Assembly (NCBI GenBank): GCA_934271255.1
Contig: CAKQQS010000002.1
Location: forward strand, 112,684 to 176,683
From: an uncultured Clostridia bacterium
Lineage (GTDB): Bacteria > Bacillota > Clostridia > Christensenellales > Borkfalkiaceae
Direction of reading: 5' to 3'
Length of the DNA: 64,000 bases
The notes below the pieces were generated by a model, which saw only the letters and a list, made by a program, of their open reading frames with translations, was not told where the DNA came from and searched no databases. This document shows, piece by piece, positions 44,407 to 54,317 of the stretch (position 1 is the first letter of the stretch; every line of letters starts with the position of its first letter). A program made the position numbers and the translations under genes.

Positions 44407-45198
44407 TTACAACGCCGCAGGCAAAATTAAATCGCAGTTGCTTTTTAGTCGTTTATCGTCGACTATGCAAAGTTTAACGCCTTCTTTTACCGTTTCGCTT
44501 TTTCCGTCGTCTAAAATAAGTTTATCTATCTCAAAGGCTGTCAATCTTCCTATTCCGTTAACGGTAGATATATGTACGGAAGAAAACTTTGTCGTTACGC
44601 TCATAAGTCGTTGCGCCGTTTTAAGAGAACAAAATACTATTGCGTTGTTCGACTCGTCAAGCGCTTGGTTGCCCGTATCTATAAAACCGTTTAAAATCAC
44701 TCTTACGTTGCCGTTTACAGCCACGCATTTACGATAACAGCCTATCGAAAATCGTTTTCTATAAAATATGCGTACGACGGCCGAACACAGTTTTATCGCC
44801 GAATAAACGGCTAAGACAATGCTTCCGAAAGACATGTTTTCGATAGAATAATTAAGTTTGTATTTGCCGTTAAATATAAAATACAGTCCGTAGACAAACC
44901 CTGCGCAAGCAAAGGTTAAAAAGGAAAAAACAAGTATGTATTTGACGTTTTCTTTAAAGTTTTTGCAACCCGAAGAAATATATGCGTAAAATATACAAAA
45001 TAATACTTTACTTATCGTTTTGTACAAAGGTTTAATCGGGAGTACGGGAAGAATCACCGCATACGCCGTACCTAAAACGGAGTATAGAAAAAGCCACCGA
45101 AACTTTGAAGGTCGTTTAACGAGCCTTCTCGAATATTTCAGCAGCATATAATCAATTATCAAGTTGTCAAAAATAACTTTTTCGATGTATATCCGCAT
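44407..45198 (-). CDS. spoIIGA: Sigma-E processing aspartic peptidase SpoIIGA
   Basis: Five-TM N-terminus and FIDTGNQ active-site motif. Upstream of sigE. Confidence 0.85.
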   Translation of the reverse strand: MRIYIEKVIFDNLIIDYMLLKYSRRLVKRPSKFRWLFLYSVLGTAYAVILPVLPIKPLYKTISKVLFCIFYAYISSGCKNFKENVKYILVFSFLTFACAGFVYGLYFIFNGKYKLNYSIENMSFGSIVLAVYSAIKLCSAVVRIFYRKRFSIGCYRKCVAVNGNVRVILNGFIDTGNQALDESNNAIVFCSLKTAQRLMSVTTKFSSVHISTVNGIGRLTAFEIDKLILDDGKSETVKEGVKLCIVDDKRLKSNCDLILPAAL

Positions 45199-45204
45199 AC
45201 ATGT

Positions 45205-45213
45205 ATTCTAGCA
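45205..45213 (-). promoter_or_regulatory. Extended -10 element (TGcTAGAAT) 6 nt upstream of the spoIIGA ATG
   Basis: The minus strand reads GTGCTAGAATACATGT-ATG. No SD and only a weak -35 (TTAATT). Confidence 0.35.
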
Positions 45214-45270
45214 CACGGATATTTGAAAATTAAATAAACTTTTAGCGATATTTGCGGTAAAACGTCGCAA

Positions 45271-46386
45271 TTATTTAAAAAACTCGATTACAATTTCGTT
45301 TTGAACGTACAAATACTCGTCTTTAATTTTTAAAACGTTGCCGTCGAACTCGACGTACTCGGTTACTTTTTTCAACGCTTTTTTGTACTCGTTTAGAAAA
45401 TCGGCGTTAAACTTTGCGTTAAACTCGTTCACGTTTACGCCGTAAACGGTACGAAGTCCTAACATTATAAACTCGTTTTTTGCCCCGACTTCGTCAATTA
45501 CGTCCGTTACCGCAACGGGAAATCTGTTTGCTATCACGGCGTTCATATAATCGTCTAACTTTGCAAGATTAGTGTATCTTTCGTTACCGATAAAACCCGA
45601 AGCGGATGCGCCCAAACCGACGTATTCTCCCCGTTTCCAGTAATTCAAGTTATGTTTCGATTCGTAATTCGGCATTGCAAAATTAGATATTTCGTATCTG
45701 AAAAGACCTTTTTCTTCAAGATATTTCCTACCGAAATCGTATAAATCGGCAATTTCGTCGTCAAGAGGAAGAAGTCCGTTTAAATAATCGTTGTAAATAG
45801 GCGTTCCGTCAACGCAAGTGAGCGCGTACATAGAAATATGCTTGACGCCGCCCGCAAGCGCAAGGTCGATTGTTTTTTGTAATTGTTCCTTGGTTTGGTC
45901 GTAAAGTCCTATTAAAATATCCGCGCTTTTGTTCACGTCGCCGAGCATATTGCAACAAACCAAAAAATCTTTCGCCGTATGAACTCGTCCCAACCGTTTG
46001 AGTACGTCGTCGTAGCCCGACTGCAAGCCTATGCTGAATCGGTTTATGCCTATCTTTTTATATATTTCTACCTTTTTGTCGTCGATAGTACCCGGATTGA
46101 TTTCAATTGTTATTTCTAAATCGTCGGCTAAATTGAAATATTTCTTTATCTGCTTTATCGCCCCCGAAATATATTCGGGGTTAACGATACTCGGCGTTCC
46201 GCCCCCGAAATAAATCGTATCGAAAGTATAGTCTTTAAGACTACTCAATCCCCTGCCTTTAATTTCACGATAAAGACACGCAAAATACGCCTCGATCTTA
46301 TTTAATTCTTTTGGGTATGACGCAAAATCGCAATAACTGCATTTTTGCTTACAAAAAGGAACGTGTATATATATTCCTGCCATCAT
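45271..46386 (-). CDS. hemW: Radical SAM heme chaperone HemW (HemN-like)
   Basis: YIHVPFCKQKCSYCDF CxxxCxxC motif. Downstream of lepA. Confidence 0.85.
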   Translation of the reverse strand: MMAGIYIHVPFCKQKCSYCDFASYPKELNKIEAYFACLYREIKGRGLSSLKDYTFDTIYFGGGTPSIVNPEYISGAIKQIKKYFNLADDLEITIEINPGTIDDKKVEIYKKIGINRFSIGLQSGYDDVLKRLGRVHTAKDFLVCCNMLGDVNKSADILIGLYDQTKEQLQKTIDLALAGGVKHISMYALTCVDGTPIYNDYLNGLLPLDDEIADLYDFGRKYLEEKGLFRYEISNFAMPNYESKHNLNYWKRGEYVGLGASASGFIGNERYTNLAKLDDYMNAVIANRFPVAVTDVIDEVGAKNEFIMLGLRTVYGVNVNEFNAKFNADFLNEYKKALKKVTEYVEFDGNVLKIKDEYLYVQNEIVIEFFK

Positions 46387-46390
46387 TCAC

Positions 46391-48205
46391 CTATTTGTCG
46401 TTGTCCGTTTTTAGAATGGATATGAACGCTTCGCTGGGAATAGATACTTTGCCTATCTGACGCATTTTCTTCTTCCCTTCGCGCTGCTTTTCCAAAAGTT
46501 TCATTTTTCTGGTAATATCGCCGCCGTAACATTTAGCCAAAACGTCTTTTCTCATTGCTTTTACCGTTTCTCTTGCAATAACTTTACCGCCTATCGCCGC
46601 CTGAACGGGGACTTCAAACATTTGTCTGGGAATAACGTCTTTAAGGCGTTCCGCCATCGCTCTGCCCCTTTCGTACGCCTTGTCTTTGTGGACGATCATA
46701 CTTAACGCGTCGCAGTTGTCGCCGTTTAAAAGCATATCGAGTTTAACGAGATCGCTTCTTTTGTACTCTTCAAACTCGTAATCGAAACTCGCGTACCCTT
46801 TCGTTCTGGATTTCAAACCGTCGAAAAAATCGTAAATTATTTCGTTGAGCGGTAAAGAATATTTTAACTCGACTCTCGATTTGTCGAGATATATCATGTC
46901 GTGGAAAACGCCGCGTTTGTCCTGGCACAAATCCATAATCGCTCCGACGTAATCGGGCGGAGTAAATATACTCGCTTTGACAATCGGTTCTTCCATATAT
47001 TCTATTTCGCTTACGTCGGGAAGACGCGTGGGATTAGTTACGTCGAATACTTCGCCGTTTGTCTTATGAACTTTATACGAAACGGTAGGCGCGGTCGTGA
47101 TTATTTCAAGGTTAAACTCGCGTTCGATTCGTTCCTGAATAATTTCCATGTGCAACAGCCCTAAAAATCCGCAGCGGAACCCGAAACCCAAAGCAACGGA
47201 GTTATCCGGCTCGAACACTAACGACGCGTCGTTTAACTGCAATTTCAAAAGCGCTTCTTTCAAGTCGTTGAACTTACTGCCGTCAAGCGGATATACGCCC
47301 GAAAAGACTACGGGCTGCACTTGTTTGTAGCCGGGCAAAGGATTTGCGGCCGGGTTGTTAACGTCGGTAATCGTATCGCCGACCTTCGTGTCTTGTATGC
47401 TTTTGATACTCGCGGCAACGTATCCGACTTCACCCGCTTTCAAACATTCTTTCGCCATAAGTTTTGGCGAAAATACGCCGACTTCCGTAACGTCGAACAC
47501 TTTGTCCGAGTTAAACGTTTTAATTCTCGTGCCTTGTTTTACAACGCCGTTTTTAATTCTTACGAAACAAATAACGCCCTTGTAACTGTCGTAATAAGAA
47601 TCGAATATCAATGCTTGAAGCGGGGCGTCTTCGTCGCCTTGCGGCGGCGGTAAATACTTGACTATTGCTTCTAACACGTCTTCGATGTTCAAACCCGTTT
47701 TAGCGGATATTAAAGGCGCGTATTCGGTATCTAGTCCGATAATGTCTTCGATTTCTTGTTTAGTTCCGTCGGGGTCGGCGGATGCCAAATCGATTTTATT
47801 TATAACGGGTAATATTTCCAGATTGTTATCGAGCGCCAAATAAACGTTGGCAAGCGTTTGAGCCTGTATGCCTTGCGTTGCGTCTACGACTAAAATCGCT
47901 CCTTCGCACGCGGCGAGAGAACGCGATACTTCGTAAGTAAAGTCGACATGCCCCGGCGTGTCGATAAGGTTTAATATATATTCGTTGCCGTCTTTTGCCT
48001 TATAGAACATTCTTACGGGCGTAAGTTTGATAGTAATACCCCTTTCTCTTTCGATATCCATCGAATCGAGAAGTTGTTCTTCCATATCGCGTTCGGATAC
48101 TTGCCCCGTTCTTTCCATAAGTCTGTCGGCGAGAGTCGATTTACCGTGATCTATATGCGCGACTATACAAAAATTTCGTATAAATTGATTCGGTTCCTTT
48201 GCCAT
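46391..48205 (-). CDS. lepA: Translation elongation factor 4
   Basis: [21 protein letters not shown] and the LepA C-terminal domain. Confidence 0.95.
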   Translation of the reverse strand: MAKEPNQFIRNFCIVAHIDHGKSTLADRLMERTGQVSERDMEEQLLDSMDIERERGITIKLTPVRMFYKAKDGNEYILNLIDTPGHVDFTYEVSRSLAACEGAILVVDATQGIQAQTLANVYLALDNNLEILPVINKIDLASADPDGTKQEIEDIIGLDTEYAPLISAKTGLNIEDVLEAIVKYLPPPQGDEDAPLQALIFDSYYDSYKGVICFVRIKNGVVKQGTRIKTFNSDKVFDVTEVGVFSPKLMAKECLKAGEVGYVAASIKSIQDTKVGDTITDVNNPAANPLPGYKQVQPVVFSGVYPLDGSKFNDLKEALLKLQLNDASLVFEPDNSVALGFGFRCGFLGLLHMEIIQERIEREFNLEIITTAPTVSYKVHKTNGEVFDVTNPTRLPDVSEIEYMEEPIVKASIFTPPDYVGAIMDLCQDKRGVFHDMIYLDKSRVELKYSLPLNEIIYDFFDGLKSRTKGYASFDYEFEEYKRSDLVKLDMLLNGDNCDALSMIVHKDKAYERGRAMAERLKDVIPRQMFEVPVQAAIGGKVIARETVKAMRKDVLAKCYGGDITRKMKLLEKQREGKKKMRQIGKVSIPSEAFISILKTDNDK

Positions 48206-48311
48206 AGTTGTTCCTTTTATGATTTTATATCATTATTTTAAAGCAATTCGGCGATTTTTGCAAGCAATAAGAATAACATTATAAACTTTTCAAAAAATTA
48301 AATAAAAATGC

Positions 48312-48340
48312 TTGCCTTAAACGTCGTAATGTGTTAAAAT
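48312..48340 (+). promoter_or_regulatory. Sigma-A promoter (extended -10) of tRNA-Thr(CGT)
   Basis: TTGCCT (48312..48317), 17 nt, TGtTAAAAT (48332..48340). Confidence 0.55.
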
Positions 48341-48356
48341 AATAAGGCTTGAAAAT

Positions 48357-48432
48357 GCTACTGTGGCTCAGTTGGTAGAGCAGCTGATTCGTAATCAGCA
48401 GGTCGCCGGTTCGAGTCCGGCCAGTAGCTCCA
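48357..48432 (+). tRNA. tRNA-Thr (CGT)
   Basis: Acceptor GCTACTG/CAGTAGC, loop TTCGTAA, encoded CCA. All stems are perfect. Confidence 0.9.
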
Positions 48433-48438
48433 AGCATT

Positions 48439-48480
48439 ATCCCCGCTTTTTCAAAAAAGAAAACGCGGGGATTTGTTTTA
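48439..48480 (+). terminator. Intrinsic terminator after tRNA-Thr(CGT)
   Basis: Stem ATCCCCGC/GCGGGGAT, then TTTGTTTT. Confidence 0.6.
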
Positions 48481-48575
48481 TAGACTTCCGCCAAATTATT
48501 GACGAGCGATTAAAACTTATATTCGATTATAATTGCAGGTTGTCAAAACGCTATCAGAGTACGAAAAGGTAAAAA

Positions 48576-49478
48576 ATGCAGAAAAGAAGCTTTGAAAAAA
48601 TATATAATATTTTGTGCGAAATCGATTGTCGGTTTAAAGAATCAAATCCCGTGATACACCGACAAAAACGTCAGGAAGACGGAACTTTCTATAACGTTTG
48701 GACAATCGATACTCAAACAAACAAATACGTTTTGAAAAAGACCGAAGAACGAGAAGCGAAAACGTATAATGATTTTGCAGACTCGCTCAAACTATGCGCG
48801 CCTGAACTTTACGCCGTTAAATCGATAAACGGTGAAACGTATATTTTAACGGAATATATCGACGGAACGGATTTATGCAAATGTAACCGCATCGCTTTGA
48901 AATCCTGTCTGGATACGCTTATCCGCGTGCAAAAGGCGACGTGGGGTAATGATTCTATATACGGATATACGTTTTCGGAAAGCCTTGAAGACAGAAAAAG
49001 ACGCGGAACGTACTTGAACGATTCTACGCTTGAAAAAGCATATTCGGAGTTTTTAAAAAAATATCAAACAGTCCCCCTTGCGTTTTGCCATGATGATTTT
49101 CTTCCTTTCAACACGTTGATTTCAAGAACGAACGGAAAAGCGTATTTTATCGATTTGGCGTACGCAGGAATATTGCCTTATCCCGTGTCGTTCGCAAGAC
49201 TTATAGCGCACTGTGAAAACGACGAAAACGCTTTGTTTTTTATGTCGGATTCAGACAAGACTTTTGCAATTGATTATTACTATGAAAACCTTTTAAAAGA
49301 CAAGAATATTTCACGCGACGAATGGTTAAACACTCTCGATTATTTTTTATTTTTCGAGTACTGCGAATGGGTTGCGATAGGAAACAAATACGGCAAAGAC
49401 GAAAGTAAATACTTTTACAAATATTTACCTGTTGCAAAGCGACAAGCAGAAAAAATATTAAAAAAACAATCGATATAA
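48576..49478 (+). CDS. APH/choline-kinase-family phosphotransferase
   Basis: Catalytic loop FCHDDFLPFN and a DLAYAG (DFG-like) motif. Confidence 0.55.
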   Translation: MQKRSFEKIYNILCEIDCRFKESNPVIHRQKRQEDGTFYNVWTIDTQTNKYVLKKTEEREAKTYNDFADSLKLCAPELYAVKSINGETYILTEYIDGTDLCKCNRIALKSCLDTLIRVQKATWGNDSIYGYTFSESLEDRKRRGTYLNDSTLEKAYSEFLKKYQTVPLAFCHDDFLPFNTLISRTNGKAYFIDLAYAGILPYPVSFARLIAHCENDENALFFMSDSDKTFAIDYYYENLLKDKNISRDEWLNTLDYFLFFEYCEWVAIGNKYGKDESKYFYKYLPVAKRQAEKILKKQSI

Positions 49479-49490
49479 CCGATTTAAACT

Positions 49491-49540
49491 AAAAAAACGC
49501 CCCCGAACGGTTAAATTGCCCGTTCGGGGGCGTTGATTTT
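49491..49540 (+). terminator. Intrinsic terminator
   Basis: 15-bp stem AACGCCCCCGAACGG/CCGTTCGGGGGCGTT, then GATTTT. Confidence 0.85.
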
Positions 49541-49590
49541 AAAAGAATTTATTAAATAAACAAATATAGTTCTTGTGTTTAACGTTACGC

Positions 49591-49627
49591 AAAAAGCGGG
49601 CGTCGGTATCGCCCGCTTTCGGTTTTT
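49591..49627 (-). terminator. Intrinsic terminator after htpG
   Basis: Stem AAAGCGGGCG/CGCCCGCTTT, with U-runs in both orientations. Confidence 0.8.
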
Positions 49628-49630
49628 GAA

Positions 49631-51487
49631 TTATTTACAAAGCATAGAAATTATCATGTCGGCGTTTTTAGTGGGATTTTCGACGGGTAGCCCCGCTATC
49701 AATCTTGCCTGGTTATATAATATCTCCGCCAACTCTTTTAATTCGTCTTTGTTCTCTTTAAACAATTCGTTGATTTTATTGTAGACTGTGTGATTTGCGT
49801 TGATTTCCAAAACTTTTTCCGCCGTTACGTTGCCGCCGTTAGGCATATGATTCAACGTTTTTTCCATATCGATGGATATTTCGCCCTGACTTGTTAAGCA
49901 AACGGCGTGTTCTTTTAAGTTTTTGGTAAACTTTACGTTAGCAACCTTATCGCCCAAAGAGTCTTTAATGAACGCGATTACTTCTTTGTCTTCGTCGTTT
50001 GCGACTTCTTCGTCAACGATACCCGTGTCGTCGCACGTTATGGAACGGAACTGTTTCCCTTCGTATTCGCCCAAAACTTTGATTGCGAACTCGTCGACGT
50101 CGTCCGTAAAGCACAATACGTCGTATTCTTTATCGAGTATTTTGTCCGTTTGCGGTAACGCTTTTACCGCGTCGAGAGTTTTTCCGTTAGCGTAATAAAT
50201 ATATTTTTGGTCTTCTTTCATACCCTTAACGTATTCGTCGAGCGTAACCGATTTATCGTCTTTGACAGAACGGAAAATAAGTAAATCTTTAAGCGTGTCT
50301 TTATGGATTCCCCAGTCGCTGTAAACACCGTATTTAATTTGTAATCCGAAAGCTTTAAAGAACTTTTCGTAAGTTTCCCTGTCGGTGTTAAGCATATCGA
50401 CGAGTTCGTTTTTGATTTTCTTTTCGATACCCGATGCAATCAACTTCAATTCTCTGTTTTGTTGTACCGTTTCTCTTGAAACGTTGAGCGTAAGTTCGGT
50501 ATCGACTAATCCTTTTACAAAACTGAAATAGTCGGGAAGTAAGTCTTTACACTTATCCATAATCAAAACGCCGTCGGTGTAAAGTTTAAGCCCTTTCTCA
50601 AAGTTTTTGGTGTAATAGTCGTACGCCGCTTGTTTGGGAATAAATAAGAGCGCTTTATAGTTTGCCGCGCCTTCGACTGACAAATGTATCGTCTTTAAGG
50701 GCTCTTCGTAATCATAGAAATTGTCTTTATAGAACTTGTTGTACTCTTCTTGGGTTATCTCGTTTTTATTCTTTTTCCAAAGCGGTACCATCGTGTTTAA
50801 CGTTTCGTACTCGTCGACGCACTTTTCTTCGCCGTTTTCGTCTTTTTCGTGTTTATGACATAACAATCTGATAGGATATCTTATATAATCCGAATACTTC
50901 TTAACGAGTTCTCTCAATTCGTATTCTTCAAGATATTTACTGTATTTTTCGTCATCGTCGTCATCTTTTAAATAAAGCGTAACCGTCGAGCCGTGTCCAT
51001 CTTTTTCCGCTTCCTTTATTTCATAACCGTCCGCGCCGTTGCTTTGCCAAAGATACGCTTTTTCGGCGCCGTACGCTTTCGTTAAAACTTCGACTTTTTT
51101 TGACACCATAAACGCCGAATAGAAACCTACGCCGAATTGACCTATAATATTTATGTCGTCGTTGCTGTTATCCTTGTTTTCGGTTTTAAAATCGAAAGAG
51201 CCGCTTTTCGCTATGGTTCCCAGATTGTTATCGAGTTCTTTTTCCGTCATGCCGATACCGTTATCCGAAATCGTAAGCGTTTTGTTTTCTTTGTCCGCTA
51301 CGATGTCGATATGGAAATCGCTACGGGAAAGTCCGGAAACGTTTTCGGTCAACGTTTTAAAATACAATTTATCGATAGCGTCGCTGCCGTTCGATAAAAG
51401 TTCTCTTAAAAATATCTCTTTATGCGTGTAAATCGAGTTAATCATCATATCCAGCACGCGTTTGGATTCTGCTTTAAAGCTTTTCAT
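49631..51487 (-). CDS. htpG: Molecular chaperone HtpG (Hsp90)
   Basis: FLRELLSNGSDAIDK, GQFGVGFYSAF. The ATG at 51487 lies 9 nt after GGAG. Confidence 0.95.
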   Translation of the reverse strand: MKSFKAESKRVLDMMINSIYTHKEIFLRELLSNGSDAIDKLYFKTLTENVSGLSRSDFHIDIVADKENKTLTISDNGIGMTEKELDNNLGTIAKSGSFDFKTENKDNSNDDINIIGQFGVGFYSAFMVSKKVEVLTKAYGAEKAYLWQSNGADGYEIKEAEKDGHGSTVTLYLKDDDDDEKYSKYLEEYELRELVKKYSDYIRYPIRLLCHKHEKDENGEEKCVDEYETLNTMVPLWKKNKNEITQEEYNKFYKDNFYDYEEPLKTIHLSVEGAANYKALLFIPKQAAYDYYTKNFEKGLKLYTDGVLIMDKCKDLLPDYFSFVKGLVDTELTLNVSRETVQQNRELKLIASGIEKKIKNELVDMLNTDRETYEKFFKAFGLQIKYGVYSDWGIHKDTLKDLLIFRSVKDDKSVTLDEYVKGMKEDQKYIYYANGKTLDAVKALPQTDKILDKEYDVLCFTDDVDEFAIKVLGEYEGKQFRSITCDDTGIVDEEVANDEDKEVIAFIKDSLGDKVANVKFTKNLKEHAVCLTSQGEISIDMEKTLNHMPNGGNVTAEKVLEINANHTVYNKINELFKENKDELKELAEILYNQARLIAGLPVENPTKNADMIISMLCK

Positions 51488-51526
51488 AATCAATATCTCC
51501 TTATTAGCAAATAAACATTCTAATTG

Positions 51527-51553
51527 TCAGCACTCTTTGATACTAACTGCTAA
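51527..51553. promoter_or_regulatory. CIRCE-like inverted repeat (HrcA operator) upstream of htpG
   Basis: On the gene strand it reads TTAGCAGTT-N9-GAGTGCTGA, against the consensus TTAGCACTC-N9-GAGTGCTAA (15/18). It lies immediately downstream of the -10. Confidence 0.6.
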
Positions 51554-51554
51554 T

Positions 51555-51582
51555 ATTATACCACTATAAAAAAATATGTCAA
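51555..51582 (-). promoter_or_regulatory. Sigma-A promoter of htpG
   Basis: TTGACA (51582..51577), 16 nt, TATAAT (51560..51555). Confidence 0.6.
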
Positions 51583-51611
51583 GGAAAATAAACAAAAAAG
51601 ACGTAAAAACT

Positions 51612-52622
51612 TTACGTCTTATCGTCAATATCTTTTTCGATGTTTTCCTGTTCGGGTATATTTGTTTTGTTTATATAGGTATCTGTCGGGGTTGTTGCGG
51701 ATTGTTCGCCCCTTTTTCGTTCACGTTTTGCCTTTATGGGGTTGACGATGAACGCTAATTTTGTTTCGGCGATTATTATAGACGACAGAATAACGACGAA
51801 GCCCACTAATATTTGCGCGTTCAGACGTTCTTTGCCGAACGCAAACGAGAAAATCGTCGCGAACACCGCTTCAAAGCACATAAGTATCGAAACTTTTTCG
51901 GGGCTTGTGTATTTTTGACCCAGGATTTGCAAAAATTGAGCAAGAGCCGTGCAAATAAGCATCAAAAACAATAAATACAGCCATTGCGTCGTAGTTATAT
52001 TTTTCGGATATTTGGGTATCTCGAAACAAAAAGAAATTACCCAGAATATCGCGCCTGCGACGAGCATTTCTATAACGAATATTTTAATCATGTCGAATCG
52101 TTTGTTGTATTTTTCGTTTATAACGATTTGCAACGCGTAAAATATACCGCATGAAATGGTTAAGCAGTCGCCCGTATTTATTCCGTAAAAACCGTTGGTA
52201 AGACAAATAAGCCCGACGCCGACGAAACAAAGCACCGCCGCTATTATATTATATATGGTCGGTCTTCTTTTGAAGAAAATCCACGCCAAAACGGGAACGA
52301 ATATACAATATGTACACGACAAAAAAGCATTTTTCGACGGGGTGGTCATGCTAAGTCCTATCGTTTGTAAAAGATACGCGCACGCCAGAACCAAGCCGAG
52401 AATTACCCCGACGAAAACAGAAACTTTATCAAACTTTAAAAATCGTTTTGCGAATATAAATAGGAATAAGAGTCCAGGAATAAAAAATCTTATGCCGAGA
52501 ACGAAAAAGATCGGTAATTCTTCTATGGCGTCTTTCAGCACTACGAAAGAACTGCCCCATATAATAACTACCAAAATCATGCAGACATATCCTATTATTT
52601 TTTCTTTCTTTCCCGTAAGCAT
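51612..52622 (-). CDS. DMT-superfamily (EamA) transporter
   Basis: Ten predicted TM helices in two EamA-like halves, with a charged C-terminal tail. Confidence 0.7.
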   Translation of the reverse strand: MLTGKKEKIIGYVCMILVVIIWGSSFVVLKDAIEELPIFFVLGIRFFIPGLLFLFIFAKRFLKFDKVSVFVGVILGLVLACAYLLQTIGLSMTTPSKNAFLSCTYCIFVPVLAWIFFKRRPTIYNIIAAVLCFVGVGLICLTNGFYGINTGDCLTISCGIFYALQIVINEKYNKRFDMIKIFVIEMLVAGAIFWVISFCFEIPKYPKNITTTQWLYLLFLMLICTALAQFLQILGQKYTSPEKVSILMCFEAVFATIFSFAFGKERLNAQILVGFVVILSSIIIAETKLAFIVNPIKAKRERKRGEQSATTPTDTYINKTNIPEQENIEKDIDDKT

Positions 52623-52728
52623 ACCATTATTCTATACCTTTTTTATAAATTATACAACTATTTTTATGCAATTCTTGATAATTATGCAAAAATATGTTAA
52701 AATCATATAGTAAAACAAGGAGCGTTAT

Positions 52729-53487
52729 ATGTTAGATTTTTTCAAACGTAAAAGAAAGGCTTACGCCAAAACGATAAAACTGCATAAAAACCACAAAACG
52801 AAAATGATCGCGCATCGCGGACTGTCGGGCATTTTGCTTGAAAACACCGTGCCTGCGTTTGAACTTGCTGGAAAAAGTACATATTTCGGAATAGAAACGG
52901 ACGTTCATATTACGGCAGATTCAAAGTTTGTGGTTTTTCACGACGACAACACCGCCAGAATATGTAATGAAAAATATAAAATAGAACAAACCGATTTCGA
53001 TACGTTAAGGAATCTTAATTTAAACGATTTAAAAACGGGTAAACCTAATCCCGAGTTAAAAATCCCCACTCTTGACGAATATCTTTCCGTTTGCAAAAAA
53101 TACGATAAGGTTTGCGTTTTGGAATTAAAGAATCCTTTTAGAAAACAAGACGTTGAAAAACTCGTAACTGTGATTAAGACCTTTAATTATATCGACAAAT
53201 TGATTTTTATTTCTTTCAATCTCGATAATCTTATATTTTTACGCGAACTTTTGCCGAACCAACCCCTTATGTACCTTACGGGCGACTTCAACGATAAGAT
53301 TTTAGAACAATTGAAAAAATACGGTTTGGATCTCGATATAGAGTATTCGGCGTTAACGAAAAGTATTATCGAGAAGTTGCATGCCGAAGGTATTCTTATA
53401 AACGCTTGGACGTGCGACAACCTTGTATCGGCGAAGAAACTTATTTCTTGGGGTATTGATTACCTGACTACGAATATTTTGGAATGA
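52729..53487 (+). CDS. Glycerophosphodiester phosphodiesterase
   Basis: MIAHRGLSG...ENT...GIETDVHIT motifs. AAGGAG RBS upstream. Confidence 0.8.
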   Translation: MLDFFKRKRKAYAKTIKLHKNHKTKMIAHRGLSGILLENTVPAFELAGKSTYFGIETDVHITADSKFVVFHDDNTARICNEKYKIEQTDFDTLRNLNLNDLKTGKPNPELKIPTLDEYLSVCKKYDKVCVLELKNPFRKQDVEKLVTVIKTFNYIDKLIFISFNLDNLIFLRELLPNQPLMYLTGDFNDKILEQLKKYGLDLDIEYSALTKSIIEKLHAEGILINAWTCDNLVSAKKLISWGIDYLTTNILE

Positions 53488-53488
53488 T

Positions 53489-54238
53489 ATGAAAAAAGCG
53501 ATAAAATATATAATAATCGTCGTGTGCGCGTTTTTTCTCGCGATACTCACCTTTTTATTTATCAATTTGTGCTTTGCCGGGTTTTCTTGCAATTCTTTCG
53601 TTTACGGCGGAAAATGGGAAGAACGCGAAAAAGTGTTTGAAACGGCCGACGTTGAATCGCTGAAACTCAGACTTTCAAAAGGCAGTTTGAGCGTTCAGCC
53701 GTCGACCGACGAAAAAATTACGATAAAATATTACGACAGTAAAAAATGTTCTTATTCTTTTACCGAAAAAGACGGTGCGTTAACGATAAAACAGGTAAAT
53801 AACTCGCTGTTTTTTCCTATTTCGTTTAAGGATACGAAATATAACGTGGTTTTGTATTTACCCGAAAATTACGGTAAAGATTTAAGAGCGACCTTAACCG
53901 ACGGCAACGCGAAAATCGAAAACTTGTTTTTTGAAGACTTAGACGTTGCGGTCGGAACCGGAAGCGTCAATTTAACCGCTATAAAATCTTCTACGATAAA
54001 AGCAACGGCGGTAAACGGTAACGTTGCTTTTGCGGACGTTGACGGCACGATTTTGACGTTTTCGACTACAAACGGCAACGTACTAGGAAGTTTGCCGCGC
54101 GAAATGCAACACTACTACATAAAAAGCATAATTAAAAGCAGCGGAAAAAACAATTTACCCGAATCGTTTACGGAAGGCGCCATATATTTGACCGCGCAAA
54201 CCTATAAAGGAAATATAACGATTACTTTTAAAACTTAA
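53489..54238 (+). CDS. DUF4097-like beta-strand-repeat protein with an N-terminal TM anchor
   Basis: Repeated G-S/N-V-x-L/F strands (TGSVNLTA, VNGNVAFA, TNGNVLGS, YKGNITIT). Confidence 0.45.
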   Translation: MKKAIKYIIIVVCAFFLAILTFLFINLCFAGFSCNSFVYGGKWEEREKVFETADVESLKLRLSKGSLSVQPSTDEKITIKYYDSKKCSYSFTEKDGALTIKQVNNSLFFPISFKDTKYNVVLYLPENYGKDLRATLTDGNAKIENLFFEDLDVAVGTGSVNLTAIKSSTIKATAVNGNVAFADVDGTILTFSTTNGNVLGSLPREMQHYYIKSIIKSSGKNNLPESFTEGAIYLTAQTYKGNITITFKT

Positions 54239-54259
54239 TACTTTTTCGTCTATATAGCA

Positions 54260-54300
54260 ATCCGCCCCGAAAGATAAACACTTTCGGGGCGGATATTTTT
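54260..54300 (+). terminator. Intrinsic terminator (usable in both directions)
   Basis: 14-bp stem ATCCGCCCCGAAAG/CTTTCGGGGCGGAT, then ATTTTT. Confidence 0.85.
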
Positions 54301-54317
54301 ATCGATCGGGCGATAAA

